From assembly GCA_965198325.1 (NCBI GenBank), contig CBDAPE010000019.1:75284-139283 (forward strand): 64,000 nt of DNA, given 5' to 3'. Of this stretch, positions 10,146-20,608 are shown in pieces. Source of the stretch: Alphaproteobacteria bacterium. Lineage in GTDB: Bacteria > Pseudomonadota > Alphaproteobacteria > UBA828 > JAPUJA01. Position 1 is the stretch's first letter; each line of letters opens with the position of its first letter. The position numbers and the translations under genes were made by a program. The notes beneath the pieces were generated by a model, which ran no database searches, had not been told where the DNA came from, and saw only the letters and a program-made list of their open reading frames with translations.

Positions 10146-12058
10146 CGAAGACAAGCAGGAAGCCCTCACTTGGGCCGATAGAGCTCGAGGTCATCACCGG
10201 AACCATCCGCTCCGCCGAGCTCGAAATCGAGGCGGCCGTCGAGCGCACCTCGCGGTCGCCGATGATCCGCGATCAGCACGACTATCGCGTGGCCCTGTTC
10301 GACGCCAGGGGCCGTAAGCTGACCGGACGCTCTTATTCCGCCCTCGTCGAGCCCGTATTCGAATATTTCGGGGATGACGATATCCACGAGGGCGATGTCT
10401 TCTTCTGGAACGATCCCTACAATAGCGCCGGCGGCATCGGCCATGTGCCGGACCTGTGCACGACGATCCCGATCTTCCACGAGGGCCGGCTGATCGGCTT
10501 CAGCCAAGTGTTCGGCCATCACGACGATGTCGGTGGCATGGTTCCGGGAAGCCTTCCCGTCCAGGCGACCGACATGTGGTCCGAAGGGCTCGTCATCCCC
10601 CCGATCAAGCTCTACGAGAAAGGCGTGCTCAATACGGCGGCCTACGCCATCATCGGACGAAATTCTCGCCTCGCGGATCACCTGCAGGGCGACATCGACG
10701 CCGAGATCGGCGCCGCGCGCCTGGGCTCGCAGCGGGTCGTTGCCATGGCGGAGCGTTACGGAGCGGGTGCGCTGGAAGCCGCGTTCGAGGCGATCATCGA
10801 GAACTGCGCCGAAACACTCCGGCGCGAACTGCTGCCGAAGATCAAGGACGGCGTCTACAGCTGGGAAGACTACATCGAGAACGATGGCGTCGACGCGCCG
10901 CACCTGCACGCCTTTCGGGTCACCATGACCAAGACGCCCGACAAGATCACCCTGGATTTCACGGGCACGGATCCGGAAGCCAAGGGGCCGATCAACTGGC
11001 CAATCGACTATTGCGAGGGCCGGTTCGTGCGCAAATGGATGGCGCCGGTGCTACGCTCGCTTGCCGACTCGCCCGAGCGTGCCGCCGAGATCGACATGAA
11101 CGAAGGCGTGCTCGATGTGATCGACGTCGTGTTTCCCGAAAAAGGGACACTTGTGACGCCCACCTTCGGCAAACCCACGGGCCTGCGCTTCTTCATTCTG
11201 CTGCGTGCGCTGGGCGTCTTCGCCGCCTGCCTGTCGAAGGCGACCGGGGGCCGGATGCCTGCGGATCACGAAACGATCCGCATCTGGGGCCTGCACGGCG
11301 GCAAGACGAACGAGGATTTCTACCTCTTCCGCGAGGTGTTGGGCGGGGGCGGGCCGGGCCGGCCTTGGGCGGACGGAAGCGACGTCGTTCACATCGTGCC
11401 CAATTCGCGCAACCTGCCCGCCGAGTTTTCCGAAACCCGCTATCCCATCCGGGTCGAACAGCTTGGCCTGAACGAGGATTCCGGCGGTGCAGGGTATCGG
11501 CGCGGCGGGCTCGGCTATGACAAACGCATCCGTGTGCTTCAGGGTTCGAAGCTGCTCTCGAACGCCGACCGGGCGATGCTGAACGCCTACGGTGTAAACG
11601 GCGGCAAGCCGGGCGAGACCTACGCCATATCGATTGCCGAACCGGACGGCACCGATCGGGCGGCGCCCGGCATGGTCGATAACGTGGACGTCGAAGCCGG
11701 GTCGGTCGTGCGCATCGTCACGACGGGCGGCGGCGGCTGGGGCGATGCGCTCCAGCGCGAACCCGAACGTGTGCGCTACGACGTCCAGTGCGGTGTCGTC
11801 TCCGTGCAGGCGGCGCACGATGAATACGGCGTCGTCCTCGTCCGCGACGGTGCGGTCTGGCGGGTCGACGAGGGCGCAACCACCCACGTGCGCGCCGAGA
11901 TGCGTGAGACGCGCGGCCCGCTTCCGATGTTTGACCGGGGACCCTATTTCGAGGCCAAGAAGGCCGCAGACGGGATCGCCTGGCCCGAAGGTTGGAGGGA
12001 TCCCGACGAGGGCTGGCTCGCCAATTCCGAATGGTCCGGCGAGCAAGCGGCGGAGTAA
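10142..12058 (+). CDS. Hydantoinase B / oxoprolinase family subunit, copy 2
   Basis: ATGA overlap with A subunit; RTSRSPMIRDQHDY, WNDPYNSAGGIGHVPD, HHDDVGG, TTGGGGWGD. Confidence 0.9.
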   Translation: MTKTSRKPSLGPIELEVITGTIRSAELEIEAAVERTSRSPMIRDQHDYRVALFDARGRKLTGRSYSALVEPVFEYFGDDDIHEGDVFFWNDPYNSAGGIGHVPDLCTTIPIFHEGRLIGFSQVFGHHDDVGGMVPGSLPVQATDMWSEGLVIPPIKLYEKGVLNTAAYAIIGRNSRLADHLQGDIDAEIGAARLGSQRVVAMAERYGAGALEAAFEAIIENCAETLRRELLPKIKDGVYSWEDYIENDGVDAPHLHAFRVTMTKTPDKITLDFTGTDPEAKGPINWPIDYCEGRFVRKWMAPVLRSLADSPERAAEIDMNEGVLDVIDVVFPEKGTLVTPTFGKPTGLRFFILLRALGVFAACLSKATGGRMPADHETIRIWGLHGGKTNEDFYLFREVLGGGGPGRPWADGSDVVHIVPNSRNLPAEFSETRYPIRVEQLGLNEDSGGAGYRRGGLGYDKRIRVLQGSKLLSNADRAMLNAYGVNGGKPGETYAISIAEPDGTDRAAPGMVDNVDVEAGSVVRIVTTGGGGWGDALQREPERVRYDVQCGVVSVQAAHDEYGVVLVRDGAVWRVDEGATTHVRAEMRETRGPLPMFDRGPYFEAKKAADGIAWPEGWRDPDEGWLANSEWSGEQAAE

Positions 12059-12097
12059 GATGGTCGGCACCAGATATCGGAGACCATCGGCCGGAGC

Positions 12098-13570
12098 GTG
12101 GCCGTAATGCGCGACACAATTCGCCTCCTTCTGGGCCACGAACCCCGCGAGCTCTCCGACGTCGACCCGACGCTCACCGTGCTCAACTATCTGCGGCTCG
12201 TCGAGCGGCGCTGCGGCACCAAGGAAGGCTGTGCCGAAGGCGATTGCGGCGCCTGCACCGTGGTGCTGGTGGAGCCGGACGGTGACGGGCTTCGTTGCCA
12301 GGCGGTTAATTCCTGCATCGAGTTCGTGCCCACGCTGGACGGCAAGCAGCTGATCACCGTCGAGGACCTGCGCGCTCCAGGCGGTCGTCTCCACCCGGCG
12401 CAAACGGCAATGGTTGAGACCAATGCGTCGCAATGCGGCTTTTGCACGCCCGGTTTCGTGATGTCGCTCTACGCTTTCTACCGCAACGGCGAGGCTCCGG
12501 TGCGCCAAACCATCGACGACGCGCTCGCAGGGAATCTCTGCCGCTGTACGGGTTACGGGCCGATCATTGACGCCGCTCGCCGGATGAGCGAGGCGGAATT
12601 CGAGCAGCCGGCGGCGGAGGATGCCGACGCTCTCGCATCGCTCAAGGCGCTGGACATCGGGGAGACGCTTGCATTCGAAAGCCATGGAACCCGTTATTTC
12701 GCGCCCCGGAGCGTCGACGAGCTCGCGACACTTCTGCTCAAACATCCAGATGCCTGCCTGCTCGCAGGTGGTACGGACGTCGGGCTGTGGGTGACCAAGC
12801 AACACCGCCGCCTCGATCCGCTGATCTATCTGGGCGATGTCGCGGACTTGCGCGACTTGCAGGTTTCGGACGGCATGATCGAAATCGGTGCGACCGTCAC
12901 CTATTCGGACGCAATGGATCTGATCGCGGATCAATATCCCGATTTTGGCGAGTTGATCCGCCGGCTCGGCTCGGTCCAGATCCGCAATCTGGGCACGATT
13001 GGCGGAAATATCGCAAACGGTTCCCCGATCGGTGACGCGCTCCCGGCCCTGATAGCGGCCGGCGCCGAGCTGACGCTACGCAAGGGCGGCGAGCGGCGGG
13101 TGATGCCGCTGGAGGATTACTTCATCGACTACGGCGTGCAGGACCTCAACTCCGGCGAATTCGTCGAGCGCGTCCGGCTGCCGGTCGCCGATCCGGCCCG
13201 GGAATTCCGGGCCTACAAGCTCTCCAAGCGGTTTGATCAGGATATTTCCGCGGTCTGCGGCGCTTATTCCCTGGCACTCGACGGCGAGACCGTTCGCGAC
13301 ATCCGGATTTGCTACGGCGGAATGGCGACGACCCCGCGCCGCGCGCCCAAGGCCGAAGCCACTCTCGAGGGCCAGGCCTGGTGCCGCGAGACGGTGGCCC
13401 GTGCAATGGACGCGCTCGCCGAGGATTACAGCCCGATTTCAGACATGCGCGCGAGCCTCGACTATCGATTGAAGGGAGCCCGGAACCTTCTGTTCAAAAT
13501 GTATCTGGAAACCTCCGGCGAGACGGAGTCTCTGCGCCTTGCCGGCGAACGGAGCGCCGCCTATGGCTGA
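12098..13570 (+). CDS. xdhA: Xanthine dehydrogenase small subunit (2x2Fe-2S + FAD)
   Basis: GTKEGCAEGDCGACTV, SQCGFCTPGF, GNLCRCTGY, LAGGTDVGLWVTK, YKLSKRFDQDISAV. Confidence 0.93.
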   Translation: MAVMRDTIRLLLGHEPRELSDVDPTLTVLNYLRLVERRCGTKEGCAEGDCGACTVVLVEPDGDGLRCQAVNSCIEFVPTLDGKQLITVEDLRAPGGRLHPAQTAMVETNASQCGFCTPGFVMSLYAFYRNGEAPVRQTIDDALAGNLCRCTGYGPIIDAARRMSEAEFEQPAAEDADALASLKALDIGETLAFESHGTRYFAPRSVDELATLLLKHPDACLLAGGTDVGLWVTKQHRRLDPLIYLGDVADLRDLQVSDGMIEIGATVTYSDAMDLIADQYPDFGELIRRLGSVQIRNLGTIGGNIANGSPIGDALPALIAAGAELTLRKGGERRVMPLEDYFIDYGVQDLNSGEFVERVRLPVADPAREFRAYKLSKRFDQDISAVCGAYSLALDGETVRDIRICYGGMATTPRRAPKAEATLEGQAWCRETVARAMDALAEDYSPISDMRASLDYRLKGARNLLFKMYLETSGETESLRLAGERSAAYG

Positions 13571-15923
13571 CATCTCCGCCACGACCGAGCGCGTTGCCGG
13601 CGGCGTTCATCAGCCGCGGATTCATGACAGCGCCGAGAAGCATGTCACGGGCGAAGCGCTTTATGTGGACGATCTCCCCGAACCGCCCGGCACGCTACAG
13701 GTTTACGTTGCACTAAGCGACAGGACCCGGGCAAGGATTGTCAGTCGCGATCTTTCGGCCGTCGAGGCCGCGCCCGGGGTGGTTGCCGTGCTCGCGCCCG
13801 AAGATATTCCCGGGCAGAACGATTTCAGCGCCGAGCTGGTCGAGGACGACCCGGTGTTTGCCGATACGGAGGTGGAATGCCACGGCCAGGCGATCTTCGC
13901 GGTCGCTGCGGACACGATCGACCAGGCGCGCAACGCCGCCAAATTTGCTGCCATAGGCTATGTGGATCTGGAGCCAATTCTCACGGTCGAGGAGGCCTTG
14001 CGGGCGGAGAGCTTCGTCGCCGATCCGTTCGTGGTTTCCCGCGGCGATGCCGACTGTGCGCTCAAGGCGGCGTCCCATCGCCTGCAGGGCCGCCTGAACA
14101 TAGGCGGTCAGGAGCATTTCTATCTCGAGGGCCAGGTCTCCCTTGCCCTGCCGCTCGAGGACGGCGACCTGTTGATCAAGACCTCGACGCAGGACCCCGC
14201 CGCAGTCCAACACACGATTGCGCGAATCCTCGACCGGCCGGCCAACAGTTTTACCGTCGAGACCCGGCGCGTCGGTGGCGGCTTCGGCGGCAAGGAGACT
14301 CAGGCCACCCACTTCGCGGCGGTCGCCGCTCTCGTTGTCGATAAGACCGGACGGCCCGCCAAGGTCAGACTCGACCGGGACGACGACATGATCCTCACGG
14401 GCAAGCGCAATCCCTTCACGATCGACTATGACGTCGGGTTCGACGACGACGGGCTGATCCGCGGCCTCGATTTCACCTTCGCCTCGTTCAGCGGCATGTC
14501 GCGCGACCAGTCCAAGTCGATCATGGAGCGCGCGGTGATGAGCTGCGACAGCGCCTATTTCATCGAGGATCTGACGATCCGCGCCTATGTCTGCAAGACG
14601 CACACGATCTCCAACTGCGCATTTCGGGGATTCGGCACACCCCAGGCAATGCTCGCCATCGAGCGGGTCGTCGACGCCATGGCGATCAAGCTAGGCAAAG
14701 ATCCGCTCGAGATTCGTCGCAGGAATTTCTACGGGATCGCCGAGCGCAACGTCACGCCCTATGGCATGACCATCGAGGACAACATCATCGAGGCGCTGGT
14801 CGACGATCTGGAGGCGACTGCCAATTACGCCGAGCGCCGGAAAACCGTAACCGCGTTCAATGAACTGAACCCCTGGCTGAAGAAGGGCCTTGCGCTGGTG
14901 CCGCTCAAATATGGCGTCGGCTTCTCGACGACGTTCTGCAACCAGGCTGGTGCACTCATCCATATCTACCAAGACGGCAGCGTGCATCTGAACCATGGCG
15001 GCATCGAGATGGGCCAGGGCCTGTTCATGAAGGTCGCCCAGGTGGTCGCCGAAGAGCTGCAGATCGATCTCGACCGGATCAAGAGTTCGACGACGACGAC
15101 GGGCAAGGTGCCCAATACCATTGCGACCGCCGCCTCGTCGGGCGCCGATCTCAATGGCAAGGCTGCCCAGGCCGCCGCCCGGACACTGCGGGACCGGCTC
15201 GAACATTTTGCCGCCGAACATTTCAAGGTCGAGCGCGACCAGGTGGCATTCCTGCCCAACCGGGTTCGCGTCGGCAACGAAGAAATCCCGTTCGGCGAGC
15301 TCGCCGAGCTCGCCTATCTGGAGCGGGTCCCGCTTTCGGCAACCGGTCACTACAAGACGCCAAAAGTTTACTGGGATGTAACCAAGTTCAAGGGCCGGCC
15401 GTTTCTTTATTGCGCCTACGGCGCCGCGGTCAGCGAGGTGATGATCGACACCCTGACCGGCGAGACCAAGCTGACCCGGGTCGACATCCTCCATGACGTC
15501 GGCGCGTCGCTCAATCCGACGCTCGATCTCGGCCAGATCGAGGGTGGCTTCGTCCAGGGCGTCGGCCTCGTGACCAGTGAGGAGCTTTACTGGGACGAGC
15601 AGGGCCGGCTGATGACCCACGCCCCGTCGACCTACAAAATTCCGACCTGCGGCGACCGGCCGGAACAATTCAAGATCCGGCTGTTCGAGACCGGGCGGAA
15701 TCGCGAGGAAACGATTTTCCATTCGAAAGCGGTGGGCGAGCCGCCGCTGACGCTAGCCGTCTCAGTATTCTGCGCCATCGTCGACGCCGTGGCGAGCGTA
15801 TGCGATCACGAGGCTCTGCCCCGCCTCGACTCGCCCGCCACGCCCGAACGCGTTCTGAACGCCATCGACGAATTGCGCGAACGCTGCGGGCGCGCGACCG
15901 AAGCTCGCACGGCCGCCGAATAA
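13563..15923 (+). CDS. xdhB: Xanthine dehydrogenase molybdopterin subunit
   Basis: HDSAEKHVTG, GGQEHFYLEGQ, GGGFGGKETQ, AFRGFG, GGIEMGQGL, SKAVGEPP; start moved to ATG 13563 overlapping xdhA stop. Confidence 0.9.
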   Translation: MADISATTERVAGGVHQPRIHDSAEKHVTGEALYVDDLPEPPGTLQVYVALSDRTRARIVSRDLSAVEAAPGVVAVLAPEDIPGQNDFSAELVEDDPVFADTEVECHGQAIFAVAADTIDQARNAAKFAAIGYVDLEPILTVEEALRAESFVADPFVVSRGDADCALKAASHRLQGRLNIGGQEHFYLEGQVSLALPLEDGDLLIKTSTQDPAAVQHTIARILDRPANSFTVETRRVGGGFGGKETQATHFAAVAALVVDKTGRPAKVRLDRDDDMILTGKRNPFTIDYDVGFDDDGLIRGLDFTFASFSGMSRDQSKSIMERAVMSCDSAYFIEDLTIRAYVCKTHTISNCAFRGFGTPQAMLAIERVVDAMAIKLGKDPLEIRRRNFYGIAERNVTPYGMTIEDNIIEALVDDLEATANYAERRKTVTAFNELNPWLKKGLALVPLKYGVGFSTTFCNQAGALIHIYQDGSVHLNHGGIEMGQGLFMKVAQVVAEELQIDLDRIKSSTTTTGKVPNTIATAASSGADLNGKAAQAAARTLRDRLEHFAAEHFKVERDQVAFLPNRVRVGNEEIPFGELAELAYLERVPLSATGHYKTPKVYWDVTKFKGRPFLYCAYGAAVSEVMIDTLTGETKLTRVDILHDVGASLNPTLDLGQIEGGFVQGVGLVTSEELYWDEQGRLMTHAPSTYKIPTCGDRPEQFKIRLFETGRNREETIFHSKAVGEPPLTLAVSVFCAIVDAVASVCDHEALPRLDSPATPERVLNAIDELRERCGRATEARTAAE

Positions 15924-15960
15924 AATCGGACACCGAGACGCAGGACCCAGGGAGCCGGCG

Positions 15961-16740
15961 ATGACCGTTCAGATGGCGCACATGACCCAGGACGAGGTAA
16001 AGGCCGCGATCGACGAGAAGCGCCTCGTCATCCTGCCGACCGGCGCGACCGAATCCCATGGGCCGCACATGCCGACCGATACGGATACCCACCAGGCCGA
16101 ACATATCGCGATTCGCCTGGCGGAGCGGATTGGCGCCGTCGTCGCGCCGCCCATTGCCTATGCCATCTCGAAAACCTTCGAGAAGTTTCCAGGCACCATC
16201 TCGCTCTCGATTCCGACCTACCAGCAGCTCGTCTACGAGGTCGGCACGGCGCTGGTAAAGATGGGCTTTTCCCAACTCGTGCTGCTCAATGGCAACCGGC
16301 CGAACGGCACGTCGAACGACGCTGTCGCCCGCCGCCTGATCGACGATCTGGACGGCGATTTCGATTTCAAGGTGACCGCTGTGAGTTATTGGGAGCCGGG
16401 AGCGGCGAAGGTCCACAGCCTACGCAACTCGGACATCGGTGGAATGGGACATGGCGGCGAGTTCGAAACGTCGTTTCAGCTCGCAACCCGACCCGAGCTC
16501 GTCAAGCTCGACCGGCTCCAGGGCGTCGAGCCGCCGCTCGTGGGCTGGGACCTGGTGGCGCCGGGCGACCCGGTCCGCACCTATGGCCGCCGCCCGAGCC
16601 CCGATTCGGGCCATCCGTCGATCTTCGGCGACCCACGCCCGGCGAGCGCGCAGGCCGGCAAGGCCTTCATCGAGGCCACCGTCGATGCGCTGCTCGAGAT
16701 GATGGAAAACCTGCAGCCGTCCTACGAAGAACGCCGCTAA
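15961..16740 (+). CDS. Creatininase family protein
   Basis: LPTGATESHGPHMPTDTD metal motif, LNGN (usually NGH), GHGGEFETS. Confidence 0.85.
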   Translation: MTVQMAHMTQDEVKAAIDEKRLVILPTGATESHGPHMPTDTDTHQAEHIAIRLAERIGAVVAPPIAYAISKTFEKFPGTISLSIPTYQQLVYEVGTALVKMGFSQLVLLNGNRPNGTSNDAVARRLIDDLDGDFDFKVTAVSYWEPGAAKVHSLRNSDIGGMGHGGEFETSFQLATRPELVKLDRLQGVEPPLVGWDLVAPGDPVRTYGRRPSPDSGHPSIFGDPRPASAQAGKAFIEATVDALLEMMENLQPSYEERR

Positions 16741-17561
16741 CGCTCGCTCTCACTGGTCGCGCCCGGGCGCCATCCCAACGCCATCGAGATCGACTGGGTC
16801 GTCGTCAACAGGGATTCAAGCAGGCGTTCGGCCCGGGCCGCATCCCGGAATGCAGACTTGCGGGTGATAAAGGACACGGCGGCAACGACCCGCGCCTGAC
16901 GATCATAGACCGGCGCAGCGATGGAGCCGGTAAAGACCTGGACGTCGCCTTCCGTCTGGGCATGGCCCTGTCTACGGATCGTGACAAGTTGTCCGCGCAA
17001 GTCAGCCGGGTCCGTGATCGTCTGGGGCGTCAGCATTTCAAGCTCGCCCGCGAGATACGCGTCGACAAACTCGGGGTCGGAATAGGCCAGCAGGACCTGA
17101 CCCTTGGACCCGCAGTGGAGTGGGAAGTGGTGGCCGTAGTCCGCCTTGGTGATGATTTCCTCGGAGGTCTGGTGGGAGTAGAGCGTCACCGCATAGCGGT
17201 TGGATCGTTCGACGAGCTGGACCGCGATGTCCTCGTTTCCTGCGGCGGTCTCGAGGTAGGGCTGGGCGACTTCGAGAACCGGATGGTTCGCGAGATAGGC
17301 AGTGCCGATCAACCACATTCGTGGCCCGATGCTGTAACGATTGGAGTCCCTAGCCCGTTGCAATAGACCGCCCTGCTCGAGCTGGCTCAGGGTTCGGTGA
17401 AGCGTCGCCCAGGACAGCCCCAGCCCGTCCGCGATATCGATCGCCCGACCGGGATGAACCGCGACATATTCGAGCACCTCGAGCGCCCGGCGAACCCCCT
17501 TGAGCGCGGGAGCCGGCTCGTCCGCCTCGGCCTTCGGCGTCTTATGCGTGGATCGCGGCAC
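16737..17561 (-). CDS. IclR family transcriptional regulator
   Basis: HTH (RRALEVLEY...LSWATLHRTLSQL), C-terminal PLHCGSKGQVLLAY; GTG start at 17561 with GGAGG RBS. Confidence 0.9.
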   Translation of the reverse strand: MPRSTHKTPKAEADEPAPALKGVRRALEVLEYVAVHPGRAIDIADGLGLSWATLHRTLSQLEQGGLLQRARDSNRYSIGPRMWLIGTAYLANHPVLEVAQPYLETAAGNEDIAVQLVERSNRYAVTLYSHQTSEEIITKADYGHHFPLHCGSKGQVLLAYSDPEFVDAYLAGELEMLTPQTITDPADLRGQLVTIRRQGHAQTEGDVQVFTGSIAAPVYDRQARVVAAVSFITRKSAFRDAARAERLLESLLTTTQSISMALGWRPGATSESER

Positions 17562-17702
17562 GTCAGTCCTCCAATCGTCCGGCTGTCGACCTGGCGCGGT
17601 TGACCGAACTCCGGTGTTACCGTAAACTCCAATATGGATATCACATCCGAATTCTGGATACAACTCTCCAGATACCGGTGATCGATCGAGGGAGTGCGAG
17701 AC

Positions 17703-18957
17703 ATGGCCCAATGCGGCCCCGAGACCAATTGGGACCTCCTCATCAGCGGCGCAACACGCCTCGATGATGGCGAAGCTGTCGATATTGGCATTCGGGACGG
17801 ACGCATCGCCGCGATCGAAGCGTCTCTGGCGGGCCATGCTGCCGCGCGCATTGACGCCCGGGGCGGGCTCGTCACACCTTCCTTTGTCGAGCCTCATTTT
17901 CACCTCGACAAGGTCTTGAGCCGCGACCTGCTCGGCGCTCTGAATCCCGAGGAGGCCTTCGCCCGCGCCCGGGAGGTCAAGTCCCAGTTCACGGTCGGGG
18001 GATGTGGAGGGCCGCGCCTGCCGCGCCCTGCGGCTTGCGGTCGCCCATGGCATCGGCTGTCTTCAGGCCCAGATCGACGTGGATTTCGCAACCAAGCTGG
18101 TCTCCTTCGAGGGTGTCATGCGCGCCCGCGAGCGCTTCGCCGGGGCCATCGACATCATTCCCCTCGCCTTCCCCCAGGAAGGCATCGTCACGGACCCGGA
18201 AGCGCCTGGGTTGCTTCGCGAAGCGCTGTCCATGGGCGCTCAAGCCGTGGGCGGCCTGCCCGAATTCGGGAACTCGGTCGAGGACCAGCAGACCCATATC
18301 GACACCATCCTTTCCCTCGCCGAGGAATTCGACGTGCCCGCCGAGATCCATTGCGACTATCTCGACGTGCCCGAGCTCAAGACTCTGGAAATGCTGGCGG
18401 ACGCCACCGTCGCCCGCGGCATGCAGGGCCGGGTGACGGCGAGCCACTGCAACTCGCTCGCGGTCTATCCTGACGATGAGGCGCACCGCGTGATCGACAA
18501 GGTCAAAGCCGCCGGGATGAGTATCATCGTCGCGCCGACGGCTAATCTCGAAATGCTGGGTGGACCGGGACGCACACCGGTCAATCGCGGTACGTCGCGC
18601 ATCAAGGAGCTGCTCGACGCCGGCGTCAACGTCTGCGCGGCCGCCGACAACAAGTACGACATCTGGTACCGCTTCACCCGCATGGACCCCGTCGAACTTG
18701 GCTATATCACAGTTCTGAGTGGCGCCATGCGCACCGACGAGGAAGTCCGTGAGAGCTTCGAGATGATCACGACCCGGGCGGCACGCACGGTCGGCACGTC
18801 GACTGACGGCGTCACGGTCGGCGCGCTCGCAGACCTCATTGTGTTCGAGGCCACCACGCTGGTCGACATCTTCTGCAACCTTCCGGGACGGCGCAGCCAC
18901 ATCAAGGCTGGACGCTGCGTCGGCGGACTCGAGGGTTCCTGCTGGGCCGCCGCCTGA
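17703..18957 (+). pseudogene. Cytosine/creatinine deaminase (CodA)-like amidohydrolase split by a +1 frameshift at a G5 run (17997-18001)
   Basis: Frame 1 EPHFHLDK...FTV then frame 2 DVEGRACRAL...AFPQEG...IHCD...ASHC...AADN; deleting one G gives FTVGDVEGRA. Confidence 0.8.
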
Positions 18958-18971
18958 ACGCCGAGCCGGAC

Positions 18972-19610
18972 TTACTGGGTGCCATAGAGCCGGTCACCCG
19001 CATCGCCCAGCCCCAGCACGATGTAGCCGTGCTCGTTCAAGCCGTCATCGACCGCGGCGGTTACGACCGAGACGTCCGGATGTTCGGCGTGGAGATGGGC
19101 GAGCCCTTCGGGGGCGGCGACCAGGCAAACGAACTTGATGCTTCGCGCACCATCCGCCGTCAGGCGATCGATCGCCGCCGTCACTGAATGGCCCGTCGCG
19201 AGCATCGGATCGAAAATCACGACGTTCGCGAACTCACCGAGGCGGTCGGGTGCCTTGTAGTAATACTCCACGGCTTCGAGGGTTTCTGGATCACGGTAGA
19301 GCCCCACATGGGCGACGTGCGCCGCGGGCACCAGTTCGAGGAAGCCGTCGAGCAGGCCGTTTCCCGCGCGAAGGATCGAGACCAAGCAGAGCGCGCGATC
19401 CCGAAATGTCGGCGTTTGCATCGTCGCGATCGGGGTTTCGACCGTGATGTTCTCGAGTGGCAGGTCGCTCAGGACTTCGTAGCCGAGCAGCATTCCGACC
19501 TCGCGCAATAACGCACGAAAGACCGGATTGGGGGTTTCTCTGCGCCGCAAAAGACCCAGTTTATGCTGGACCAGCGGATGCGCCACGACCGTTAGATTCG
19601 AGTGCTCCAT
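18972..19610 (-). CDS. upp: Uracil phosphoribosyltransferase
   Basis: HPLVQHKL, VSILRAGNG, HVGLYRD, DPMLATG, GLGDAGDRLYGT; start at ATG 19610. Confidence 0.93.
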   Translation of the reverse strand: MEHSNLTVVAHPLVQHKLGLLRRRETPNPVFRALLREVGMLLGYEVLSDLPLENITVETPIATMQTPTFRDRALCLVSILRAGNGLLDGFLELVPAAHVAHVGLYRDPETLEAVEYYYKAPDRLGEFANVVIFDPMLATGHSVTAAIDRLTADGARSIKFVCLVAAPEGLAHLHAEHPDVSVVTAAVDDGLNEHGYIVLGLGDAGDRLYGTQ

Positions 19611-19678
19611 CGCCTCGTCCCTCCCCTCGCGGCCACTTTTCCCAATCGGCGATCCGCTGTCGATGGATGAGAAACGTG

Positions 19679-20608
19679 CTAGCGGCGGTCCTGGCGAAGG
19701 TAAATGAGCAACAGGCTGCTGGGCGCCGGCGATTTTTCGCCGCGCAGGATGGTCGGCACGATGAGGACCGCCAATGTCAGCACGTAGGGCAGCATACCCA
19801 CGATATAGATCGGCACGTCGAACCCCATGGCCTGGATGCGTGGGATCAGCGCCTCGGCACCGCCGAAAATCAGCGCGCCGATGACCGCACGCCCCGGGCG
19901 CCAACCCGAAAAGATGACCAGGGCGATGACGATCCAGCCGCGCCCCGCCACCATGTGCTCGATCCAGACAAAACTCGAGGCCAGCGCGAGGTAGGCGCCG
20001 GCCAGGCCGCACAGCGCGCCGCCCAGCACCACCGCGGTCAACCGGAAGAGCTGGATGTTCACGCCCGAGATGTCCGCCGTCGCCGGGTCTTCACCCACAG
20101 CGCGCAGGCGCAGGCCGATGTTGGACTTGTGCAAGCCCCACCAGATGCCGATCGCGAGCACGACGGTGGCGTAGACGAGGATATCTTGCTGGAAGAAGAT
20201 CGGACCGAGCCAGGGGATGTCGCTCAGCGCGCCCAAATCGAGGCCCCGGAACCCCGCGACCGATTCGAACATGTAGGGCCGTCCGACGACCCCGGTCAAG
20301 CCATCGCCGAAGGCGACGATGATAAGCCCGGTCAACACCTGGTCGGTGCGGAAGATGACGACCGCGATCCCGAAAATGAGTGAGACGAGCGCACCCGCCA
20401 GCATCGCGATGGGTACGCCGAAGCCGGCGGACCCGGTGTGGAAGCTCACGATGGCCGCAGTCATGGCGCCCACCAGCATGATGCCTTCGCAACCCAAATT
20501 TAGCACCCCGGCGCGCTCGTTGATCATCAGGCCGAGAGCGGCAATGAGGTAGGGCGCTGCAAAACTGGGCGAGGTCGCCAGCCAGTTGAGGATGAAATCG
20601 CCGCCCAT
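19679..20608 (-). CDS. Nucleoside-type ABC transporter permease
   Basis: ERAGVLNLGCEGIML, GLRLRAVGEDPATADISG, AGRGWIVIALVIF. Confidence 0.9.
   Translation of the reverse strand: MGGDFILNWLATSPSFAAPYLIAALGLMINERAGVLNLGCEGIMLVGAMTAAIVSFHTGSAGFGVPIAMLAGALVSLIFGIAVVIFRTDQVLTGLIIVAFGDGLTGVVGRPYMFESVAGFRGLDLGALSDIPWLGPIFFQQDILVYATVVLAIGIWWGLHKSNIGLRLRAVGEDPATADISGVNIQLFRLTAVVLGGALCGLAGAYLALASSFVWIEHMVAGRGWIVIALVIFSGWRPGRAVIGALIFGGAEALIPRIQAMGFDVPIYIVGMLPYVLTLAVLIVPTILRGEKSPAPSSLLLIYLRQDRR

Noticed and set aside
16737-18053. 438-aa extended IclR ORF
   Set aside because: The extension overlaps the divergent deaminase; a GTG with GGAGG at 17561 gives a normal-size IclR.
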